DNA from: Dehalococcoidia bacterium
GTDB lineage: Bacteria; Chloroflexota; Dehalococcoidia; DSTF01; JALHUB01
Length of the DNA stretch: 64,000 bases
Direction of reading: 5' to 3'
Assembly (NCBI GenBank): GCA_050010555.1
Contig: JBEKKV010000003.1
Span: 16,241 to 80,240, forward strand
This document shows positions 58,247-64,000 of the stretch, piece by piece. Positions within the stretch are counted from its first letter, which is position 1. Each line of letters starts with the position of its first letter. The position numbers and the translations under genes are program-made. The notes beneath the pieces are model-generated. The model had not been told where the DNA came from, searched no databases, and saw nothing but the letters and a program-made list of their open reading frames with translations.

Positions 58247-58369
58247 GTTCTCCCTCCTTGGAGAATGTGCCGGCCAGCGCCGGCAGCGCCTTAACGACTG
58301 GATCCGCTGGCCGGGCTCGGCGGCAGGCGCAGCAGCGTCACTTGAGACGGCATTGAGGCCCGGCCTACA

Positions 58370-60229
58370 ATGAGTATACCAATGATCGCGAACAAGCAAC
58401 CCTTAATCGAGCGCGTAGGCGCGCTGCCGAACAAGCCCGGCGTCTACATCTTCCGTAGCGAAGATGGGCGCGTCATATACGTCGGGAAGGCGGCGTCGCT
58501 GCGCAGTCGCGTGCGCTCGTACTTCGGCTCGCCGCGGAGCATGGAGCCGAAGGTGCGGGCGCTCGCGTCGAGCATTGCCGAGTTCGACTACATCGTCACG
58601 AATACGGCGCAGGAGGCGCTGCACCTGGAGGCGACGCTGGTCAAACGCCATCAGCCCGTCTTCAACGTGCGCCTGAAGGACGACAAGCACTACCCGTACC
58701 TGAAGATCGACGTGCAGAACAAGTGGCCGCGGGTCGAAATTACGCGGCGGATCGAAAACGACGGCGGACGCTACTTCGGGCCATATGCCAGCGCCAGCTC
58801 CGTGCGCCGGACGCTCGACGTGGTGAAGCGGCTCTTCCCCTGGCGACCCTGCACCGAGGAGGTGACCGGAGGCCGGCCCCGGCCCTGCCTGGACTTCTTC
58901 ATCGGCCGCTGCATCGCGCCCTGCTCCGGCGCCTGCTCGGAGGCCGAGTACGACGAGGTGATCCGGCAGGTCATCCTCTTCCTCGAAGGGCGCACGGAGA
59001 ACGTGCTGCGGGCGCTGCGGGCGCAGATGGACGAGGCGTCGCGGAACATGCAGTACGAGCGCGCGGCGATCCTGCGAGACCAGATTCGGGCTATCGAGAA
59101 CGTGTCGGAGGCGCAGGTGACAGCGTACGCGCGGCCGACGGACGAAGACGTCTTCGGGATGGCGCGGTCGGACGGCGAAGCGGTGGCGCAGGTGCTGTTC
59201 GTCCGCGGCACGAAGATGATCGGCGGCGATCACTTCCCGCTCGACGGCGCGAAGGGCGAGCCCGACGCGGAGGTGATGAACGGCTTCCTCAAACAGTTCT
59301 ACGAGTCGTCGACATACGTCCCGCGCACGGTCCTGCTGCCGCTGGAGATACCGGAGACGGCGGAGATCGAGGAGTGGCTTTCGGAGCGACGCGGTGGCCG
59401 GGTCAAGCTGGTGACGCCGAGGCGCGGCAACAAGCGCCGTCTGATTGCGATGGCGACGGAGAACGCCCGCGAGGCGCTGGAGGTAGCACGGCTGCGCTGG
59501 CTGACGGACACGGGCAAGACGCGCCAGGCGCTGGAGGAGCTCCAGGAGGAGCTAAACCTGCCCGCCCTGCCGAATCGCATCGAGTGCTACGACATCTCCG
59601 ACATCATGGGCGCGCATCCGGTTGGCAGCATGGTCGTTTTCATCGGCGGCCGGCCGCGGCGCGCGGAGTACCGTCGCTTTCGGATCAAGAGCGTCGAAGG
59701 CGCGAACGACGTGGCGATGATGGCGGAAGTGCTGCGGCGACGCTTCAAGCGCGCGGCGCAGGCGGTAGAGGCGCAGGAGTCGGCGCAGGCCGAAGGCTGG
59801 GGCGCCCTGCCGGACCTGCTAATCGTCGACGGCGGCAAGGCGCAGCTCAACGCGGCGCTCGACGTACTTCGGGAGACGGGCGCGCCGTTCATCCCGGCCG
59901 CGGGGCTGGCGAAACAGCAGGAGGAGCTTTATGTAAAGGACGTGTCGGAGCCGATTGTGCTGTCGCGCACGTCGCAGGCGCTCTACCTGCTGCAACGCGT
60001 CCGAGACGAGGCGCATCGGTTTGCAATCACGTACCATCGCAGCGTGCGGCAGAAGGCCGGGACGCGCTCGGCGCTCGACGCGATACCCGGCGTGGGGCCG
60101 AAGCGGAAGCAGGCGCTGCTGCGGAAGTTCGGCTCGGTGCGGGAGATACGGGAGGCGAGCGTCGACGAGATTGCGTCGACGGTGGGGTTCACGCGATCGC
60201 TGGCGGAGCGGGTGAAGGAATACCTCTAG
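58370..60229 (+). CDS. uvrC: Excinuclease ABC subunit C
   Basis: N-terminal GIY-YIG ('GVYIFRSEDGRVIYVGKA'), UvrBC-interaction region, RNase H-like endonuclease domain and C-terminal (HhH)2. 619 aa. Confidence 0.9.
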   Translation: MSIPMIANKQPLIERVGALPNKPGVYIFRSEDGRVIYVGKAASLRSRVRSYFGSPRSMEPKVRALASSIAEFDYIVTNTAQEALHLEATLVKRHQPVFNVRLKDDKHYPYLKIDVQNKWPRVEITRRIENDGGRYFGPYASASSVRRTLDVVKRLFPWRPCTEEVTGGRPRPCLDFFIGRCIAPCSGACSEAEYDEVIRQVILFLEGRTENVLRALRAQMDEASRNMQYERAAILRDQIRAIENVSEAQVTAYARPTDEDVFGMARSDGEAVAQVLFVRGTKMIGGDHFPLDGAKGEPDAEVMNGFLKQFYESSTYVPRTVLLPLEIPETAEIEEWLSERRGGRVKLVTPRRGNKRRLIAMATENAREALEVARLRWLTDTGKTRQALEELQEELNLPALPNRIECYDISDIMGAHPVGSMVVFIGGRPRRAEYRRFRIKSVEGANDVAMMAEVLRRRFKRAAQAVEAQESAQAEGWGALPDLLIVDGGKAQLNAALDVLRETGAPFIPAAGLAKQQEELYVKDVSEPIVLSRTSQALYLLQRVRDEAHRFAITYHRSVRQKAGTRSALDAIPGVGPKRKQALLRKFGSVREIREASVDEIASTVGFTRSLAERVKEYL

Positions 60230-60244
60230 CTACGGGGCTCTCAG

Positions 60245-60339
60245 TTCGGCGCGACGAGCCCGCCTCGGGCGGACGAGGAGCGCAACAAGAACGCGACCAT
60301 CGCACACCCCACTGCCGTTGCGAAGGCGACATGAAAAGT
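60245..60339 (+). repeat. Intergenic repeat element, copy C, with a further partial 5' module at 60372-60398
   Basis: TTCGGCGCGACGAG + CCGCCtcgGGCGG hairpin + GAGCGCAACAAGAACGCGACCATCGCAC ... CATGAAAAG. Downstream, TCGGCGCGAGGCttcGCCTCGCGC repeats the 5' module as a perfect 9-bp hairpin. Confidence 0.55.
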
Positions 60340-60452
60340 CGACGCAACATGAGGGTCGGCTGCTTGCAGTAGCGTGGTGTCGGCGCGAGGCTTCGCCTCG
60401 CGCATCAATGATCCCGAATTCCTAAATGATTTCGACGGCGCGACAGCTTCAC

Positions 60453-61250
60453 CTAGCTGTTGATCGCTTCCTCCTCGTCGTCCTCCTCGTCGTCGAAGTC
60501 CTCCCTGATCGCGAACGGCGTCACGTACTCGCTCAGCGTCTTCGCGTTCTGGACGGCATAAGCGTTCGCATCATTGTTGAAATATACGAATACCTGGCGG
60601 ACGTCCTCCGGAAGATCGCGCAGGCGACCGGCCCAGATCGCCAGATCGCCGTCCGGGTACGAGCCCCCGTAGATGCTGTCGGCGCCGTGAAAGCGGAGAT
60701 ACGCGAAGTCGGTCGTCGCTTCCAGGGGCGTCTCCCAGCCTGCCATATGGAAGGCGCAGAAGCCGGCGTTGTGCACTCGCAGCAGCGAGAAGACTTCGGC
60801 GTTGAACCAGGAGTCGTGGCGGAACTCGAAAACGTGGCGCATATCGGTCGGCAACAGCGAAAGGAACGCAGCGAGACGCTCAACGTTTTCCGTCTTGTAA
60901 TGGAAGTTGGGCGGCAGCTGGTAAAGCACGGGACCCAGCGTGTGGCCGAGCAGTCGAGCGCGGGCGAGGAAGTTCTGCAGCGGCTCCTCGCAGTCCTTCA
61001 ATCGCTTCACGTGAGTCATGTAGCGACTGGCCTTCACGGCGAACTGGAAGCCGCGTGGCGCCGACTTTCCCCACTTTCGCCAGGTGTCTTCTGAGGACAG
61101 ACGGTAGAAGCTGTTGTTCACCTCGACAGTGCAGAAGTGCTTGCTGTAGAACTCAAACCAGTAGCGCGCGGGCAAGTCCGGCGGGTAGAAAGAGCCGCGC
61201 CAGTGCTTGTATACCCAGCCGGAAGTCCCAATATCATAGTGTGAAGGCAT
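60453..61250 (-). CDS. DUF72 (UPF0759/YecE-like) family protein
   Basis: 'YDIGTSGWVYKHWRGSFYP', 'FCTVEVNNSFYR' and 'FAVKASRYMTH' match DUF72. Acidic C-terminal tail. Start is Met11 of the listed ORF. Confidence 0.75.
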   Translation of the reverse strand: MPSHYDIGTSGWVYKHWRGSFYPPDLPARYWFEFYSKHFCTVEVNNSFYRLSSEDTWRKWGKSAPRGFQFAVKASRYMTHVKRLKDCEEPLQNFLARARLLGHTLGPVLYQLPPNFHYKTENVERLAAFLSLLPTDMRHVFEFRHDSWFNAEVFSLLRVHNAGFCAFHMAGWETPLEATTDFAYLRFHGADSIYGGSYPDGDLAIWAGRLRDLPEDVRQVFVYFNNDANAYAVQNAKTLSEYVTPFAIREDFDDEEDDEEEAINS

Positions 61251-61379
61251 CGTCGTCCACTCGCTCGAAGTATTCCCCACGATGGCGGAGGTCGCATTAT
61301 ATCATCGGTCGCGATTGGGGACCGCTTGAGCTTGTGCTATCGTAAGGGAAGAGTGGGAATAGAGTCGATGGAGTCTGAG

Positions 61380-62039
61380 ATGGCGATCGATTTCGCCGGC
61401 GCTCGACTGGCCATGGTCGAGGGCCTGCGGTCGGAGGTCAGCGATGAACACGTCTTACGGGCGATAGCCCGCGTCCCCCGCGAGGAGTTCGTTCCACCTG
61501 AGTTTCGTCATCTGGCCTACGAAGACCGTCCGATTCCTATCGGCCTCGGGCAGACGATATCGCAGCCGCTGATGGTAGCGACGATGACGGAGCTGCTTCG
61601 TCTTCAGGGCATCGAGAAGGTGCTGGAGGTCGGGACGGGCTCCGGCTACCAGGCGGCTATCCTCGCCGAGCTGGCGTCGTGGGTGGTGACCGTGGAGCGG
61701 CTGCCGGACCTGGCGGAGCTCGCCGCCGAGCGATTGCGCCGGCTCGGGTACACGAACGTCACCGTGCACGTGGCGAGCGGAGCGCTGGGCTGGCCGGAGG
61801 AGGCGCCCTACCACGGCATCCTGGTAACGGCCGGCGCGCCGCGCATTCCGCGTCCGCTCGTCGAGCAGCTTGCGGTAGGCGGCCGGCTGGTCATCCCCGT
61901 CGGGCGGCGGCAGATCCAACAGCTTCTGTCGGTGACGCGCGAGCCGGAGACCGTCAGGGTGCGCCGCCACGGGCCATGTCGATTCGTGCCGCTCATCGGC
62001 GAGGAGGCTTGGCCGGAAGAGGAGTCGGTTTCGGGTTGA
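61380..62039 (+). CDS. pcm: Protein-L-isoaspartate O-methyltransferase
   Basis: 'VPREEFVP', 'GQTISQPLMVATM' and the SAM motif 'VLEVGTGSGYQAAILA'. The start is the ATG at 61380 or at 61368. Confidence 0.8.
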   Translation: MAIDFAGARLAMVEGLRSEVSDEHVLRAIARVPREEFVPPEFRHLAYEDRPIPIGLGQTISQPLMVATMTELLRLQGIEKVLEVGTGSGYQAAILAELASWVVTVERLPDLAELAAERLRRLGYTNVTVHVASGALGWPEEAPYHGILVTAGAPRIPRPLVEQLAVGGRLVIPVGRRQIQQLLSVTREPETVRVRRHGPCRFVPLIGEEAWPEEESVSG

Positions 62040-62258
62040 GTCCGTCCACCGCCTGCGCGGACTGGACTCGACATCGCTTATCCTCGTTTATCGCCGCCTT
62101 CCTGAGCCCACGGTCACCCGCCGAGCCGCAACCGCGCCGTCGTCGCGAAAAATTACCATAATTTTCTGGCGCTCCATCATGGACAATGGTTAACGCTGTG
62201 GTAAAATGGGCTCGCTCTTCCCCACCATTTCGAAGCAAGGTAAAGGCGAGGTGAGGTC

Positions 62259-63170
62259 ATGGACGACCAAGTTGGTCAGTTCCTTCACTATCTATCGGTC
62301 GAAAAGGGTTCTTCCGCCAACACAATCGCCGCTTACAGTATCGATCTGACACAGTTTCACGGCTACCTCTTTGCCTCGCGCAACGGCAACGGCGATCCAC
62401 TGTGGAGCGGCGTTAACCGCGCCGCCGTCGTCGATTACATCTCCGACCTCAAGCGCCGCCAGTACGCCGAGGCTACAGTCGCCCGCAAGATCGCGGCGAT
62501 AAAGGCCTTCTTCGCCTTCCTCCACCAGGTCGAGGGCGTCGTCAAGCAGAACCCGACCGAGAACGTCGGCTTCCGCGTCCCCAAGTCGCTGCCGAAGCCG
62601 CTCTCGATCAAAGAGGTCGACGAGTTGCTGGAGCAGCCGGCCCGCTCATCTACCCCGGAGGCCAAGCGCGACAAGGCGATGCTCGAGCTTCTGTACGCGA
62701 CGGGCATGCGCGTCACTGAACTCGTAACGTTGGACATGAGCAGCGTTCATACGAACGCCGACGCGCCGCACGTCCGCTGCATGGGTAAAGGGTCGAAGGA
62801 GCGCACGATACCCATCCACAAGGACGCGCTCGAGGCCATCGAGGAGTACCTGGACGATTCGCGTCCGCGGCTGGTACATGATGCGCATGAGCCGGCGCTC
62901 TTCGTTAACCGGCGTGGCGATCGCCTCACGCGGCAGGGCTTCTGGCTGATACTGAAGGGCTACGCGAAGAAAGCCGCGATCAACAAGTCGGTAACGCCGC
63001 ACACCTTGCGCCACAGCTTCGCCACCCATATGCTGAGGGGCGGTGCGCCTTTACGTAACGTCCAGGAGCTTCTGGGGCATGCAAACATGTCGACGACGCA
63101 AGTCTACACGAAGCTCACGGACGACATGGTGCGCCAGGTTTACGAGAAAGCACACCCTCGAGCGAAGTGA
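62259..63170 (+). CDS. Tyrosine site-specific recombinase XerC/XerD
   Basis: N-terminal core-binding domain and a catalytic domain with 'HTLRHSFATHMLRGGAPLRNVQELLGHANMSTTQVYTKL' (R..H..R..H..Y pentad). Confidence 0.8.
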   Translation: MDDQVGQFLHYLSVEKGSSANTIAAYSIDLTQFHGYLFASRNGNGDPLWSGVNRAAVVDYISDLKRRQYAEATVARKIAAIKAFFAFLHQVEGVVKQNPTENVGFRVPKSLPKPLSIKEVDELLEQPARSSTPEAKRDKAMLELLYATGMRVTELVTLDMSSVHTNADAPHVRCMGKGSKERTIPIHKDALEAIEEYLDDSRPRLVHDAHEPALFVNRRGDRLTRQGFWLILKGYAKKAAINKSVTPHTLRHSFATHMLRGGAPLRNVQELLGHANMSTTQVYTKLTDDMVRQVYEKAHPRAK

Positions 63171-63210
63171 CAATGCCGGCGACAAGCCGGTCCTGAGCAG
63201 CCGTAACGTA

Positions 63211-64000
63211 ATGCGTTCGGCTGCTTTGCTGTTCCTCGGCCTGATCCTTGCCATTGGCGCGGTCGCCTGCGGCGGCAGCGGAAACAGCGCTTCGACACCC
63301 ACTCCAGCCACCGCCACGGCCGTCGCGACGCCGGCGTCCGCCCTCGGGCCCACGCCCGAAACGGACACCCTGCCCTCCCGCGACATGCTCGACCTGGCGG
63401 TCCGGCTCAAAGGAGTGCAAACGCCGCCCGCCGATCCGGTCAGCCCGCTGCCGCAGAGCCTGAGCGTCGGCGACAAACACACCTTCAACCTTGTCTTGAT
63501 GCCACAGCCGGGAGCCGCCGGCGACCAGCCGCCGGTTGTGCAACTGGTCTCGGCCACGCTGCAACTGGTGACGCCACACGCCTATTTCTACGTCCAGGAC
63601 GGGCAGTCGGTCTCCTCCGATGACATCAACACGGCCGGGGAGCGGTTTGAGAACGAAGTCTATCCGGTCGTGACGAGCACCTTTGGCACCGAGCGCAGCC
63701 CGGGCATCGACAACGACACGCACATCACCGTCTTCAACGGCCAGCTCGAAGGCGCGGCCGGCTACTTCTCGGACATAGATGAGTACCCGAAAGCGCTGGC
63801 CCCAATCAGCAACGAACGGGAGATGCTTTACCTGGACCTGTCGCTGGGAATGGGCAGCGACGCCTACACCTCCGTCATCGCCCACGAGCTCCAGCATCTC
63901 ATCCACTTCAACGGCAATCCGCGCGAGGACGTCTGGATCAACGAAGGCAATTCCGTGGTCTCGGGGGACCTCGCCGGCCAAAGCGACGACTTCCGCGGTT
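63211..64000 (+). CDS. Putative lipoprotein zinc metallopeptidase (HExxH), 3'-truncated at the window end
   Basis: Signal peptide 'MRSAALLFLGLILAIGAVAC' with a lipobox-like VAC, a Thr/Pro/Ala-rich linker, then 'VIAHELQHLIHF'. The ORF is open to the window end and is not in the supplied ORF list for that reason. Confidence 0.5.
   Translation, partial: MRSAALLFLGLILAIGAVACGGSGNSASTPTPATATAVATPASALGPTPETDTLPSRDMLDLAVRLKGVQTPPADPVSPLPQSLSVGDKHTFNLVLMPQPGAAGDQPPVVQLVSATLQLVTPHAYFYVQDGQSVSSDDINTAGERFENEVYPVVTSTFGTERSPGIDNDTHITVFNGQLEGAAGYFSDIDEYPKALAPISNEREMLYLDLSLGMGSDAYTSVIAHELQHLIHFNGNPREDVWINEGNSVVSGDLAGQSDDFRG

Noticed and set aside
60372-60400. GGCGCGAGGC-ttc-GCCTCGCGCC hairpin as the terminator of uvrC or DUF72
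   Set aside because: There is no flanking T- or A-tract on either strand. It fits better as a second partial copy of the repeat-family 5' module.
62259-63170. Tyrosine recombinase as a prophage or island integrase
   Set aside because: It has the XerC/XerD-type C-terminal motif, housekeeping neighbours (pcm, uvrC) and no phage, excision or transfer genes nearby. The lone Xis-like HTH at 2557-2772 is 60 kb away and is paired with a surface-protein gene.
63115-63981. 288-aa minus-strand ORF at the window end
   Set aside because: The plus-strand frame has a lipoprotein signal peptide and an HELQH zinc-binding motif, which is a more coherent gene. The minus ORF is its shadow.

Overview
This is a 64-kb high-GC bacterial chromosomal segment. 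GC looks mid-to-high 60s % by eye; I did not compute it. Almost every long ORF can be assigned. There is no CRISPR array, no rRNA, no transposase or IS, and no phage module.

Core content, in order:
- a fragment of a LysE-like exporter
- a YHS-domain protein
- a glyoxylate/hydroxypyruvate reductase
- pyrE
- an excisionase-family HTH protein and an SdrD-B-repeat surface protein with a sortase-like C-terminal sorting signal
- a two-subunit ADP-forming acyl-CoA synthetase and a Zn-alcohol dehydrogenase
- pth, an MBL-fold hydrolase and an ECF-sigma/ZAS-anti-sigma fusion protein
- selB
- a GtrA plus GT39 (ArnT/PMT-like) glycosylation pair
- secDF, cca, def and trmD-rplS
- a complete dcw cluster: mraZ-rsmH-ftsL-ftsI-murF-mraY-murD-ftsW-murG-murC-murB-ddl-ftsQ-ftsA-ftsZ, notably without murE
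- nrdR, a small unknown ORF and two tandem class II (B12-dependent) ribonucleotide reductases
- yggS-proC-yggT-yggU, recA-recX, rny-ymdB and a PHP phosphoesterase
- an operon of a SipW-type signal peptidase flanked by two TasA/camelysin-like secreted proteins
- a tRNA cluster (Arg-like, Leu-CAG, Val-CAC, Met-CAT), an IDH-family dehydrogenase, a GIY-YIG protein, mscL, uvrC, DUF72, pcm, xerC/D and a lipoprotein metallopeptidase fragment

Features not explained by the gene calls:
- a three-copy ~80-95 bp intergenic repeat family
- an exact 32-nt duplication of a tRNA 3' end next to a degenerate tRNA-like remnant
- a classic 10-bp-phased MraZ operator
- two NrdR boxes with an apparently leaderless nrdR
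- a ~48-bp direct repeat spanning the convergent ends of the GT39 and secF genes

The taxon is a guess: Chloroflexota/Thermomicrobia-like or another high-GC monoderm. Many genes appear to start with GTG/TTG or to be translationally coupled, so several start coordinates are approximate. I found no single dramatic novel system. The SipW/TasA-like locus and the repeat family are the items most worth follow-up.
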